Of a stretch of DNA of 64,000 nt, positions 42,931 through 52,942 are shown piece after piece; the first letter of the stretch is position 1, and each line of letters starts with the position of its first letter. The notes beneath the pieces are model-generated. The model was not told the DNA's origin. It did no database searches and worked only from the letters and a program-made list of their open reading frames with translations. Both the position numbers and the translations under genes were made by a program. Location of the stretch: positions 2,752,001-2,816,000 of the forward strand of contig OZ244070.1 of NCBI GenBank assembly GCA_965215605.1, written 5' to 3'. This stretch comes from an uncultured Candidatus Binatia bacterium (GTDB lineage Bacteria > Desulfobacterota > Binatia > UBA9968 > JAJDTQ01).

Positions 42931-43857
42931 GTGGGCCGATCAATCAAGCTCTTGCTGCTGTTGCTGATCCTCCAGGCCGGTCTGACGGTGTGGGTCAACC
43001 TCCCGGGCGACGACACCGGCGCCTTCGAAGCGGACAAGCCGCTGCTGACCGTGGACCGCGGCAGCATGGACGCGGTGACCATCGAGCGGCAGGACAAGCC
43101 GACGCTGCGCCTCGCCCGCAAGGACGGCGGCTGGGTGTTGGCTGACAAGGGCGACTTTCCGGTGTTGCCCGCCAGGTTCGAGGAATTCGCGGACAAGCTC
43201 CTCAACGCCAAACGGTCTTGGCCCGTGGGCAAGACGCTGGTGGCGGCCAGGCAGTTCAAGGTGACGCCGGTTGGTTTCGAACGGCGGGTGCGGTTCCTCC
43301 AGGGGACGGAGGTGCTGGGGGACGTCTTCCTCGGCTCATCGCCGGGGTTCCGCAGGGTCCACGCCCGTCTCGACGGCGACAACCACACCTACGCCATCGA
43401 CTTCAACGCCTTCGAGGCTCCGGCGGAGGCGGAACAGTGGTACGATACCGAGCTCCTCAAGACGGCGGCGGAGGAAATCGTCCGCATCGATCTGGGGGCC
43501 TACGCGTTGAAGGCCGGCGACGGCGGGTTCGAGGTGGAGGGGCTGGGGGAGAACGAACGGACCGATGACGAAGGGGTCCGAAAGGTCGTGGAGGGCGTGT
43601 CGGAGGTGGGTTTCATCGACGTCGTTTTCAAGGACGGCAAGAAGCTCTTCGACGCCGGCAAGCGGATGCTGAAGTACACCATCGAGAGGAAGGAAGGACC
43701 GCCGGTCACCCATACGGTGGTAGCCCCGGAGGAGGGTGACGACTACCTCCTCAAGAGTTCCGCGCATCCGCACTACTTCAAGGTGGCCCGGAATCGGTTC
43801 GACGAGTTGCGCGACATGAGCCGGGTGCAGTTGGTCAAGGGCGCCGAATCAGGTTGA
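42931..43857 (+). CDS. DUF4340-like periplasmic protein
   Basis: N-terminal anchor, repeated domain, usual position after GldG-like genes. Confidence 0.75.
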   Translation: MGRSIKLLLLLLILQAGLTVWVNLPGDDTGAFEADKPLLTVDRGSMDAVTIERQDKPTLRLARKDGGWVLADKGDFPVLPARFEEFADKLLNAKRSWPVGKTLVAARQFKVTPVGFERRVRFLQGTEVLGDVFLGSSPGFRRVHARLDGDNHTYAIDFNAFEAPAEAEQWYDTELLKTAAEEIVRIDLGAYALKAGDGGFEVEGLGENERTDDEGVRKVVEGVSEVGFIDVVFKDGKKLFDAGKRMLKYTIERKEGPPVTHTVVAPEEGDDYLLKSSAHPHYFKVARNRFDELRDMSRVQLVKGAESG

Positions 43858-43936
43858 CAGGGCGTCCGGTGGTCGGATACCTTCCACGGATCAACCGACT
43901 CGACCCAGACGCCACGGAACCACGAGGAGACACACC

Positions 43937-44572
43937 ATGAGCGCACGTCCCATGCCGACCCAGGAAAACGAATCGTCGGCCGCCAAGCGGTTCATCGCGG
44001 CGATACGACAACTGCACGCAGACGAGCCGGACGTGGACAAACGCTGGCAGGAGATGGGGTCGCTTCTGGGCGGGCTGCTGTCGGATCCCAGCGTGAAGGC
44101 ACAGTCCGAGCAATGGCCGGACTGCGATCAGGGCGGACTGTCCGCGGCCGAGGGCGGCCAGCGGGCGCAGAACCTTCTCCTCTATGAGGATCTGGACCAT
44201 GGATTCGTCATCAACGGGTTGGTGAAGGCGCCGGGAACCCGCACCAGCATTCACGATCACGCCCACAACTGGACGCTGTACGGGGTGCTGGACGGGCGCG
44301 AGACCATCGAGCGCTACGAACGGCTGGACGATGGCTCCAAGCCGGACTACGCCGAGGTCCGCAAGACCGAGAACGCTCAGGTGGGGCCGGGCAAGATCGA
44401 CTTGGTGCGCCCGTGGCAGATTCACGCCGAGCAGAGCGGGGAGGAGCGCACCGTGGCGATCATCGTGCGAGCCGAGAAGCCCGGCGGTTTCCTCCAGGGC
44501 CGCTACGACCCCGAGACCTGCAAGTATTGGCAGGGATACGGGCCGACGCAGATCCCGTTCGAGTTCGAATAG
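43937..44572 (+). CDS. Cupin protein, cysteine dioxygenase-like
   Basis: IHDH..W..YGV, YERLDDG, IHAE; SD AGGAG; upstream TTGACA-18-TACCTT. Confidence 0.78.
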   Translation: MSARPMPTQENESSAAKRFIAAIRQLHADEPDVDKRWQEMGSLLGGLLSDPSVKAQSEQWPDCDQGGLSAAEGGQRAQNLLLYEDLDHGFVINGLVKAPGTRTSIHDHAHNWTLYGVLDGRETIERYERLDDGSKPDYAEVRKTENAQVGPGKIDLVRPWQIHAEQSGEERTVAIIVRAEKPGGFLQGRYDPETCKYWQGYGPTQIPFEFE

Positions 44573-44791
44573 CCCGCGACGGGGCGCCGTGATTGACGCC
44601 GACGGTCACCTGCGCGACACGTGTCGAGAAGTACATGGTGGCGCCCGCCGTTCACCAAGTTTCCCCCCACCCGCGTACTGGCTGACCGAGGGGACCGTTG
44701 CGTTGCTCCGGTAGCGAGGCGACGTTTCGGAGTCCGCGAAGGCCCGAATTCTCGAGGAAAATGCCCGCAAATGCGACGGCTGTGAGCAAAG

Positions 44792-44820
44792 TTGACAAGC
44801 AGGTTTACACAGAGTATCCT
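44792..44820 (+). promoter_or_regulatory. sigma70-like promoter
   Basis: TTGACA, 17 nt, TATCCT upstream of the lytic transglycosylase gene. Confidence 0.55.
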
Positions 44821-44847
44821 AAGCTCATGCTTTTAAAGGGGTTCTGC

Positions 44848-46245
44848 ATGACACGCTGCTTCGTCGTCCTCGCGAGTCTTTTTTTTCTCCTTCTCAGCGG
44901 CTTGTCATACGCTCCGGCCGCGTCGGCGCGGGGTCCCGTTCCAGCGAAAGCGGATCCGTTCTTCATCCCTTCCGGGCTCGAGCCGGCCGTCGAGTTCTGG
45001 AAGGCCATCTTCCTCGACTACGACTCGAACGAGCTGGTGTTCTTCGACCCCAAGAACATGTCGAAGATCCACCAGGTGGTGAAGGTCAGGAAGGGCGCCA
45101 GCACACGGCGGGTGGTGCGTTCCGTGCGGGCGCGGCTCAACCGGCGCGGCATCCCGGGGCATCGGATCAAGGCGCAGCGGGGGATCAGCGAGCGTTTCGC
45201 CGCGGGCGTGCGGCGGTCCGGCCGCTACATGGAACACATGCGCAAGGTCTTCGCCGGCCGCGGACTCCCGGTGGAGCTGGCCTATCTGCCGCTGGTGGAA
45301 TCCTCGTTCCGGAACGACGCGCGTTCGTTCCGCGGCGCCGTGGGCATGTGGCAGTTCATGCCCGGCACCGGACGCATTTACATGCGCGTGTCGCGGTCGC
45401 TGGACGAACGCAGGGATCCAATGGAAGCGACCCGTGCGGCGGCCCGTCTGCTGCAGCATAACTACCGGAAGCTCCGGACCTGGCCGCTGGCCGTGACCGC
45501 TTACAATCACGGCCGCGCCGGCATGCAGCGGGCGGTGCGCCAGGTGGGCACCCGGGACATCGTCACCATCATCCGCCGCTATCGGAGCCGCACTTTCAAG
45601 TTCGCGTCCAGTAATTTCTATGCGGAATTCCTCGCCGCCGTGCACATCATGCGTGACGTCGAGCGGCATCTGCCGCACGTCGAGTTCGATCAACTGGTGC
45701 ATTTCGACGAGATCAGCCTCCACAGGCGGGTGGCGGTGTCCTCGCTGCTTCGCGACAGCCAGGTCTCCCGGGCGGAGTTGCTCAGGTGGAATCCGGCTCT
45801 CAGCCGCCACGTTTCGTGGCTACCCAAGGGCTACCGGCTCAAGGCGCCGAAACGGGAGGGGCACCGGTTCCGCAGCGCGTTGTCGGGCATTGGCCCCGAG
45901 GCGTCGTTTCCGTACCACGTCGTAAGTCGAGGCGACACGCTCTCCGAGCTGGCCAAGGTCTACGGCACCTCGACCCATGCCATCCAGTCCGTGAACGGCT
46001 TGAGAAGCGCCCATCGTTTGCGCGTGGGACAGCGGCTGGAGATCCCGTCACACACGGGCCGGGTGTCGGAGAAGGCGGCGTCCCGGCCGAGGGTCTATCA
46101 CCGGGTACGGCGGGGCGAGACCCTTTCCATCATCGCCGACCGTTACCGAGTGTCGCTGGCGGTTCTCCAACGCGCCAACTCCATCCGCAACCGGCACCGG
46201 ATCCGGGCGGGACAGCGCCTCAGAATCCCTGGAACCCAATCCTGA
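44848..46245 (+). CDS. Membrane-bound lytic murein transglycosylase (MltD-like) with two LysM domains
   Basis: LPLVESSF, GMWQFM, AYNHG; two GxTLS LysM repeats. Confidence 0.9.
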   Translation: MTRCFVVLASLFFLLLSGLSYAPAASARGPVPAKADPFFIPSGLEPAVEFWKAIFLDYDSNELVFFDPKNMSKIHQVVKVRKGASTRRVVRSVRARLNRRGIPGHRIKAQRGISERFAAGVRRSGRYMEHMRKVFAGRGLPVELAYLPLVESSFRNDARSFRGAVGMWQFMPGTGRIYMRVSRSLDERRDPMEATRAAARLLQHNYRKLRTWPLAVTAYNHGRAGMQRAVRQVGTRDIVTIIRRYRSRTFKFASSNFYAEFLAAVHIMRDVERHLPHVEFDQLVHFDEISLHRRVAVSSLLRDSQVSRAELLRWNPALSRHVSWLPKGYRLKAPKREGHRFRSALSGIGPEASFPYHVVSRGDTLSELAKVYGTSTHAIQSVNGLRSAHRLRVGQRLEIPSHTGRVSEKAASRPRVYHRVRRGETLSIIADRYRVSLAVLQRANSIRNRHRIRAGQRLRIPGTQS

Positions 46246-46347
46246 CCGAACGCGGGCGGATTTGAAGCCCGCCTGCCTCCAACATCTCGTCGGCGCATCG
46301 TTGTCGCTAGGGCTTCCACGGCCGATGCGATATAATGGCCCGAGGTT

Positions 46348-47169
46348 ATGTACCAGAGCCTTCTCCAGGCCACGGCCGGATTCTATCTTCTGGCGGCAGG
46401 CGCGTTCATCCTCTACCTGTTTTCTCCGCGGGAGACCCTTTCCCGGGTGGGTCAGGGCCTTTTGCTGGCAGGCTTCATCGGCCATGCGATCAAGTTCGCG
46501 TTCCTCTTCCACGAGGCCGGCTTCCCCGCGCTGGCCCAGACCGCCGCCACCCAGTCCTTCTACGGCTGGCTGATGGCGGGGGTGTACCTCACGGTGCAGC
46601 TCCGCTACCGGCTTCCCATCCTGGGGTGCCTTGTGGCGCCCTTGGCCTTTCTCATGTCCCTGAGCTCGATTGCGCTGGGGGAACCCGGCCTGGAGACGCC
46701 GCCGGCGCTGCTGACCTACTGGCTGCCTCTGCACGTGACCCTGGCGCTGCTGGGGAACGCGGTGTTCGCGCTGGCGTTCGCCGTGAGCGTGGTCTACCTG
46801 CTGCTCCGGCGCCAGCTCAAGAACAAGCGGATGACCGGCTTGAGCCGGGCTTTGCCGGCCCTCGAGACGCTGGACCGCCTCAACAAGATCTCACTGGTCT
46901 GGGGGTTTCCGTTCATGACCCTGGGCATCCTCACCGGCAGCGTGTGGGCGCACGCTCAGTGGGGCACCTATTGGTCCTGGGACCCGCGCCAGATCACCTC
47001 CGCCCTGACTTGGCTGCTGTACGGGATCCTCCTCCACGGCCGCCTGACCGCGGGCTGGCGCGGCAGGAAGGCGGCGATCTGGACCATTGCGGGCTTCATG
47101 ATCGTCCTCGGCTACTTTCTCTGGGGAGACGTCCTGTTCCTGACCCGTCACGGAGGCCGTTTTGAGTGA
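46348..47169 (+). CDS. ccsA: Cytochrome c biogenesis protein CcsA/HemX family
   Basis: WA...WG.YWSWDP (WWD domain); upstream of hemA; TATAAT at 46331. Confidence 0.9.
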   Translation: MYQSLLQATAGFYLLAAGAFILYLFSPRETLSRVGQGLLLAGFIGHAIKFAFLFHEAGFPALAQTAATQSFYGWLMAGVYLTVQLRYRLPILGCLVAPLAFLMSLSSIALGEPGLETPPALLTYWLPLHVTLALLGNAVFALAFAVSVVYLLLRRQLKNKRMTGLSRALPALETLDRLNKISLVWGFPFMTLGILTGSVWAHAQWGTYWSWDPRQITSALTWLLYGILLHGRLTAGWRGRKAAIWTIAGFMIVLGYFLWGDVLFLTRHGGRFE

Positions 47170-48460
47170 GGCGGGACGACAGATCCTCGTGGTCGGGGTG
47201 AACCACCGGACGGCGCCCGTGGAGGTCCGCGAGCAGTTCGCGTTCTCCCCCAAGCGCCTCAACGGGTCGCTCCACGATCTCGTGGCGCTTCCCTCGGTGG
47301 ACGAGGGCGCGATCCTGTCCACGTGCAACCGGGTGGAGGTGGTGGCCGTGGCCCGGGACGGCGGAACGGGCGTCGCCGAGATCGGGGACTTTCTCAGGAG
47401 CCAGCCGGGCGTCCGCATCGGCCCCGCCGCCGACCAACTCTACCAACACGCCCGCAAGAGCGCGGTGCGGCATGTTTTCCGGGTGGCGTCGAGCCTGGAT
47501 TCCATGGTGGTGGGGGAGCCTCAGATACTCGGGCAACTCAAGGAGTATTATTCCATCGCGCAGGAGGCCGGCACCGTCGGCAGCATCCTGCACCGTCTCT
47601 TCCATCGCTCCTTCTCGGTGGCGAAACGGGTGCGGCAGGGCACCGGCATCGCCAACCGGCCCGTTTCCGTCGGGTCCGTGGCCGTGGACCTGGCCAAGCG
47701 GATCTTCGACAGGCTGGAGGAAAAGACGGTAATGGTCATCGGTTCCGGGGGCATGGGCGAGTCGCTGGTCCGGCATCTGGTGGAGAACGGCGTGCGCGGC
47801 CTGATGATCACCAACCGCACTTTCGAGAAGGCGGTGGAATTGGCGGATCGCTTCGCGGCGAGCCCCATCCGTTTCGAGGACTATGCCCGCTACCTCAAGC
47901 TGGCCGACGTGGTCATCGGCTCGGTGGAATCGGAGACGGCGCTCATCACGCGCGAGACCGCGGCCGAGGTGCTTCGGGAGAGAAAGCAGGACAACATGTT
48001 CCTCATCGATCTCGGCGTGCCCAGGAACTTCGACCCCCTCATCAACGGCCTGGACAACGTGTACCTCTACCACGTCGACGATCTCACCGACGTGGCCCGG
48101 GAGAACCTCAAGGGGAGGGAGAGCGAGGCGGACAAGGGAGAGCTGATCGTGGACCAGGAGGTGGAAACGTTCTACCAATGGTTTGCCTCGCTGGACCAGG
48201 TCCCCACCATCGTCGCACTGAGGCGAAAGCTCGAGGGGATCCGGCAGGGTGAGCTCAGGAAATCCCTGGAGTCGAACCTCAAGGATGTCTCCGACCGGGA
48301 ACGCAAGGCGATCGAAGACCTGACCGGAGCCATCATCAACAAGATCCTCCACGCCCCCTTCACGCGGCTGAAGGAGCGTCCTGACGAGGATGCCGCCTAT
48401 GACGATACCGTCCGGATGCTGTTCGATCTGGACAAGGAGCCGGGGCGGGACGATCCGTGA
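47162..48460 (+). CDS. hemA: Glutamyl-tRNA reductase
   Basis: HRTAP, STCNRVE, LDSMVVGEPQILGQ, DLGVPR. Confidence 0.97.
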   Translation: MSEAGRQILVVGVNHRTAPVEVREQFAFSPKRLNGSLHDLVALPSVDEGAILSTCNRVEVVAVARDGGTGVAEIGDFLRSQPGVRIGPAADQLYQHARKSAVRHVFRVASSLDSMVVGEPQILGQLKEYYSIAQEAGTVGSILHRLFHRSFSVAKRVRQGTGIANRPVSVGSVAVDLAKRIFDRLEEKTVMVIGSGGMGESLVRHLVENGVRGLMITNRTFEKAVELADRFAASPIRFEDYARYLKLADVVIGSVESETALITRETAAEVLRERKQDNMFLIDLGVPRNFDPLINGLDNVYLYHVDDLTDVARENLKGRESEADKGELIVDQEVETFYQWFASLDQVPTIVALRRKLEGIRQGELRKSLESNLKDVSDRERKAIEDLTGAIINKILHAPFTRLKERPDEDAAYDDTVRMLFDLDKEPGRDDP

Positions 48461-50187
48461 CCATGGAAAGTATCCGCATCGGCACCCGGCGCAGCCGGCT
48501 GGCCCTCGTCCAGGCGGAATGGGTCCGGGGCCGCATCCGGGAACGTCATCCGGGCGCCGTGGTGGAGGTGGTGACCATCACCACCAGCGGCGACCGCTTC
48601 CAGAACGTGCCCATCGAGCAGATCGGCGACAAGGGAGTGTTCATCAAGGAGATCGAGGAGGCGCTCCTGGACGGCAGCATCGACGTCGCGGTGCATTCCA
48701 TGAAGGACTTGCCCACCGAGATCCCGGAGGGATTGGCCATCGCCGCGGTGCCGGAACGCGAGGATCCCAGGGACGCGCTGATCAGTCGCGTTGCAGGGAG
48801 CCTCGCCGAGCTTCCCGCCGGAGGCCGGGTCGGCACCGGCAGCCTCAGGCGGCAGGCCCAGGTGCTGCACCACCGCCCGGACCTCGAGGTGGTGCCCATG
48901 CGCGGGAACGTGGATACGCGGCTGGCCAAGCTCGAACGGGGCGAGGTGGAGGCCCTGGTGCTGGCGCTGGCGGGGTTGAAGCGGCTGGGCCGGGAGGGCG
49001 AGGCCACCGAGTTGCTGCCTCCCGACACGTGGTTGAGCGCGGTGGCCCAGGGGGCTCTGGGCTTGGAGACCCGGCGCCACGAGGTGGAACGGCTGCGCTT
49101 TCTGAACCACGGGCCGTCGGCGTTGGAGGTGGAGGCCGAGCGGGCCTTCCTGCGGCGCCTGGAAGGAGGGTGTCAGGTGCCGGTGGGGGCCCGGGCGGTG
49201 GCGGGTCGGGAGGGGGTGACGCTTGCGGGGATGGTGGCGGAGGCGTCCGGCCGGCAAATCTTCCGCGGCGAGATTGCGGGCGCGGGAGTTGATGCGGCGG
49301 CGCTGGGGACCCGGCTGGCCGAGAGGCTGTTGGACGAGGGAGCCGGCGCCGTGCTGAGAGCCACGGGCATGAACGATCCGGCGAGGGTCAAGTCCGGCGG
49401 CGCGCGGCTCTCTGGACAGCGGATCCTGATCACCCGTCCGCGCGAGCAGGCCGGCGCTTTCGTCCGCGGCGTCGAAGCCCTCGGAGCCCGGGCGGTGGTC
49501 TTTCCCACGGTGGAGATCCTGCCGCTCCGGGAAGCCGGCGCCCTGGACGAGGCCGTCCGCAGGCTCCCGGAACAGGACTGGGTGGTGTTCACCAGCGCCA
49601 ACGGCGTCCGGCACTTCCTGGCGCGCTGCGAGGCGTTGGGATGCGCCGACAGCCTGAAGGGGCTTCAGGTGGCGGCCATCGGTCCGCAGACCGCCCGCCT
49701 GCTGGAAGACAACGGCCTTCCGGTGACCCTGGTGCCCGAGGAATTCCGCGCGGAGGGTATACTGGCGGCCCTCGGCCCGGAGCGCGTCCGGGGCCGCCGT
49801 TTCCTGCTCGCGCGGGTGGCGGGCGCCCGGGACGTGCTCCCCGAGACGCTGCGCCGGTGGGGCGCGACGGTGACGGTGGTGGAAGCCTACCGGAACGAAC
49901 CGGTGCGGCACGGCGCCGGGCGGCTGGCGCGGCTCCTGGCGCAGGTGGACTGGGTCACGTTCACCAGTCCGAGCACGCTGACCGCTTTCATGGATCTGCT
50001 CGAGCAGGCCGGGACGGGATTCCCGGCGGCGGCCCGGGTGGCCTGCATCGGCCCCATCACGGCCAATGCCGTCCGTGAGCGTGGCCTGGCGGTGGACGTC
50101 GAGGCCCGGGAATACACCGTGGCGGGCCTGATCCAGGCTTTGGTAGAATGCACGGCGCGCGTGGATGAACACGGAAGGAATGTGTAG
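48457..50187 (+). CDS. hemC: Fused hydroxymethylbilane synthase / uroporphyrinogen-III synthase (HemC-HemD)
   Basis: GTRRS.LA, AVHSMKD, GGCQVP; then ILITRP, FTSANGV, FTSPS, CIGPIT in one frame. Confidence 0.92.
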   Translation: MTMESIRIGTRRSRLALVQAEWVRGRIRERHPGAVVEVVTITTSGDRFQNVPIEQIGDKGVFIKEIEEALLDGSIDVAVHSMKDLPTEIPEGLAIAAVPEREDPRDALISRVAGSLAELPAGGRVGTGSLRRQAQVLHHRPDLEVVPMRGNVDTRLAKLERGEVEALVLALAGLKRLGREGEATELLPPDTWLSAVAQGALGLETRRHEVERLRFLNHGPSALEVEAERAFLRRLEGGCQVPVGARAVAGREGVTLAGMVAEASGRQIFRGEIAGAGVDAAALGTRLAERLLDEGAGAVLRATGMNDPARVKSGGARLSGQRILITRPREQAGAFVRGVEALGARAVVFPTVEILPLREAGALDEAVRRLPEQDWVVFTSANGVRHFLARCEALGCADSLKGLQVAAIGPQTARLLEDNGLPVTLVPEEFRAEGILAALGPERVRGRRFLLARVAGARDVLPETLRRWGATVTVVEAYRNEPVRHGAGRLARLLAQVDWVTFTSPSTLTAFMDLLEQAGTGFPAAARVACIGPITANAVRERGLAVDVEAREYTVAGLIQALVECTARVDEHGRNV

Positions 50188-50210
50188 GGGCGGGTTTCAA
50201 GGCCGTCCGT
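50184..50210. repeat. GTAG-type REP (degenerate) supplying the hemCD stop codon
   Basis: GTAGGGGCGGGTTTCAAGGCCGTCCGT, similar to 22825. Confidence 0.65.
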
Positions 50211-50247
50211 GCCGCGGCGGACCGCACCCGATACCAGGAGGCAATCC

Positions 50248-51216
50248 ATGGCATTTCCCGTCACCCGACCGCGAAGACTCCGGCGAACCGGCCTGTTGCG
50301 CGATCTGGTGCGCGAGACCGCTCTGAGTCCGCGGGACTTCATCTACCCCCTGTTCGTGTGTACGGGGCGCGACCGGGAGCAACCGATCGCCTCCATGCCC
50401 GGCGTCGCCCAGCTTTCCGTGGACCGCGCGGCCAAAGAGGCGGAGGCCGTGTGGCGCATGGGCATTCCCGGCGTGATCCTGTTCGGCATCCCCGAGACCA
50501 AGGACGCCGTGGGCTCGGAAGCCTACGCCGAGCACGGCGTGGTGCAGGAAGCGGTCCGGGCCATCAAGGACAGGGTCCCGGACCTGTTGGTGATCACAGA
50601 CGTCTGCCTGTGCGAGTACACCGACCACGGCCACTGCGGCATCATCGAGGACGGAGAGGTGGCCAACGACGCCTCCCTGGAGCTGCTGGCGCGGGAAGCC
50701 GTGTCCCACGCCCGGGCCGGGGCGGATGTCGTCGCTCCTTCCGACATGATGGACGGCCGGGTGGGGGCGATTCGCTCCGTGTTGGACGGAGAAGGTCTGG
50801 AGAACGTGGTCATCATGGCCTACGCCGCCAAGTACGCGTCGGGTTTCTACGGCCCGTTTCGCGAGGCCGCGGAATCGACGCCGCGGTTCGGCGACCGGCG
50901 TTCCTACCAGATGGACCCGGGCAACAGCGACGAGGCGCTGCGGGAGGTGGAGGCGGATATCGCCGAGGGCGCCGACATCGTCATGGTGAAGCCCGCGCTC
51001 TCGTATCTGGACGTCATCTCGCGTGTGAAACGGCGCTTCAACCATCCCACCGCCGCCTACAACGTGAGCGGCGAGTACGCCATGATCAAGGCCGCGGCCC
51101 GGAACGGCTGGATCGACGAGAGCACGGTGGTGCCGGAGGTGCTGCTGTCCATCAAGCGGGCCGGCGCCGACCTGATCCTCACCTATTTCGCCAAGGACAT
51201 GGCGGCGGGACTGTAG
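50248..51216 (+). CDS. hemB: Porphobilinogen synthase (Zn-type)
   Basis: [31 protein letters not shown]. Confidence 0.97.
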   Translation: MAFPVTRPRRLRRTGLLRDLVRETALSPRDFIYPLFVCTGRDREQPIASMPGVAQLSVDRAAKEAEAVWRMGIPGVILFGIPETKDAVGSEAYAEHGVVQEAVRAIKDRVPDLLVITDVCLCEYTDHGHCGIIEDGEVANDASLELLAREAVSHARAGADVVAPSDMMDGRVGAIRSVLDGEGLENVVIMAYAAKYASGFYGPFREAAESTPRFGDRRSYQMDPGNSDEALREVEADIAEGADIVMVKPALSYLDVISRVKRRFNHPTAAYNVSGEYAMIKAAARNGWIDESTVVPEVLLSIKRAGADLILTYFAKDMAAGL

Positions 51217-51235
51217 CGCGCGAAATCCGGGCGGT

Positions 51236-51511
51236 TCATTCCATCCGTCCCAGCAACCGGCGTACTTCCTTTACTCTGTTCCGGAGGGTCTTCTCGCACT
51301 CGGGTTCGCGTTCCGGGGTGTGCACCTGCGCTTCCGAGAGCCGGAAGAGCAGCACCCGGGCGCCCCGGGTCAGGCGGATGACGTAGGTGTTGGAGTCCGC
51401 GTCGTGATAGGACTCCAACGCTTTTACGGTGTCGTCCTCCGAGCGGATGATGGCGTTGGCCCATGCCTCGAGGTCCGGGAGGGCCGCTTCCCCGACGTGT
51501 TGCGTAATCAT
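51236..51511 (-). CDS. Small hypothetical protein
   Basis: 91 aa, co-oriented just downstream of cytochrome c'; GGAG upstream. Confidence 0.55.
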   Translation of the reverse strand: MITQHVGEAALPDLEAWANAIIRSEDDTVKALESYHDADSNTYVIRLTRGARVLLFRLSEAQVHTPEREPECEKTLRNRVKEVRRLLGRME

Positions 51512-51524
51512 GCGGGCGGCGGGG

Positions 51525-51971
51525 CTAGCTCCGCTTCTTGGGCTTCCGGAACGGCCGGTGACAGCTTCCGCAGGCGTTCCTGCCGAAATTCTTGACCAGC
51601 TCGGCGGTGTCCTCGCCGGCCCGGGCCTTGGCGGCGATGGCTTGGGCCAAGGCTACGGCGTTCTTGGCCGCCTTGGTGAAATCGTCCCATTGCTCCCAGA
51701 TCTCCGGCTTGGAGCGCGAGCCGTCTGCGCTTCCCTTGGGAAAGGTGTCGGCGTTGATCTTGCCGAAGGCCACCGCCAGCTTGTCGGCGCTGGCAGCCGT
51801 CGCCGCCGCGTCGGCGGCGGAACGCAGGGCCTTGCTCGCCGCGCCGATGCCTTTCATCAGTTCCTGGCGTTCCGCGATGATCTTGTCGAACTTCTGGGCC
51901 GAAGCCGCGCCCGGACCCGTCATCAGGAACATCCCTGCCGACAGGACCAACAGCCAAGATGATTTCCGCAT
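51525..51971 (-). CDS. Cytochrome c' (class II)
   Basis: Signal peptide, RQELMK, FPKGS, EIW..WDDF, C-terminal CGSCH..FR. Confidence 0.9.
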   Translation of the reverse strand: MRKSSWLLVLSAGMFLMTGPGAASAQKFDKIIAERQELMKGIGAASKALRSAADAAATAASADKLAVAFGKINADTFPKGSADGSRSKPEIWEQWDDFTKAAKNAVALAQAIAAKARAGEDTAELVKNFGRNACGSCHRPFRKPKKRS

Positions 51972-51985
51972 GGGCCTTTCCTCCG

Positions 51986-52771
51986 CTATTGCTCGAACTC
52001 GTGCTTCTGAAGCTCCCGGATGAGAGCCGTGAGGTTGGGGTCGCTGTTGACCACGTCGTTCACCTTGTTCTGGAACTCGCCCGCGGCCCGCTCCAGCGGG
52101 CTCGTGTCGATGCGTATTCCGAGCCATTGGGTCAGCCGGAGGACCAGGGCCAGAGCTCCCCGCGGGTTGGGAGACGGCGCCAGGTAGTGCGGCAGCGCCG
52201 CCCACAGGCTCACGTGCGGCACTTTTTCCTTTCGGAAGGTGTCTGCGAGGATCCCGACGATGCCAGTGGGCCCTTGGTACCGGGAAGGCGTGAAGTCCAG
52301 CTCCTTCATCAAAGCGGGGTCCGACGAGAACCCGTTCAGGGGCACCGGCTTGGTGTAGAGCACCTCGTCCAGAAGGGCTCCCAGGGTGATGATGCGGGCG
52401 ACCTTCCACTCCCGGGCGAGGTCCAGGATGGTCCGGGAGAACGACTTCCAGTGCAGGTGCGGCTCCGCGCCGGATGCAAAAATGAAGTCCCGGTCGAGCT
52501 CGTTGCCGGTTTTGTAATAGTGAAAGTCGTAGGACGGCCACTCGATCTCGCGCTGTCCGTCCACCAGACGGACCTGGGGCCTTTGGACCGAGAAGTCGTA
52601 GTAGTCTTCGGGGTCGACCTTCGCTAGCTCCGAGGCCAGGAGCTGCTCGATCAGGTACCGGACCGCGGAGGTGGCCGACGATCCCGCGTCGCTCCAGCCC
52701 GAGAACGACAGGATCAGGAAAGGTTGCCGCAAACGGGGCCGGCGAATGTAGGATACGGCGTCGGAAGCCAT
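51986..52771 (-). CDS. PAC2-family (proteasome assembly chaperone-like) protein
   Basis: FSGWSDAG, YYDF...RP, EPHLHW, YQGPTG, WAALPHY, PNP. Confidence 0.85.
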   Translation of the reverse strand: MASDAVSYIRRPRLRQPFLILSFSGWSDAGSSATSAVRYLIEQLLASELAKVDPEDYYDFSVQRPQVRLVDGQREIEWPSYDFHYYKTGNELDRDFIFASGAEPHLHWKSFSRTILDLAREWKVARIITLGALLDEVLYTKPVPLNGFSSDPALMKELDFTPSRYQGPTGIVGILADTFRKEKVPHVSLWAALPHYLAPSPNPRGALALVLRLTQWLGIRIDTSPLERAAGEFQNKVNDVVNSDPNLTALIRELQKHEFEQ

Positions 52772-52942
52772 GGTTGTTCTCTAGCACATCTCTTCGTGGC
52801 TGCACCAGCCGGGGCGGGCTTCATCCAGGTCCATTCAAGAGTCCGGCGCTCCGTTTCCGTCATTCCCGTGGCCGGGCGGATCTGGTAGAAAGTCGACGGG
52901 GTCCGGGCTTCCTCGCGACGATCCCTCGCCGGTAGACCGGTC

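Noticed and set aside
51972-52805. 426-aa ORF suggesting a large cytochrome c' fusion
   Set aside because: The upstream part is an alternative frame of the PAC2 gene; the signal peptide and SD place the start at 51971.
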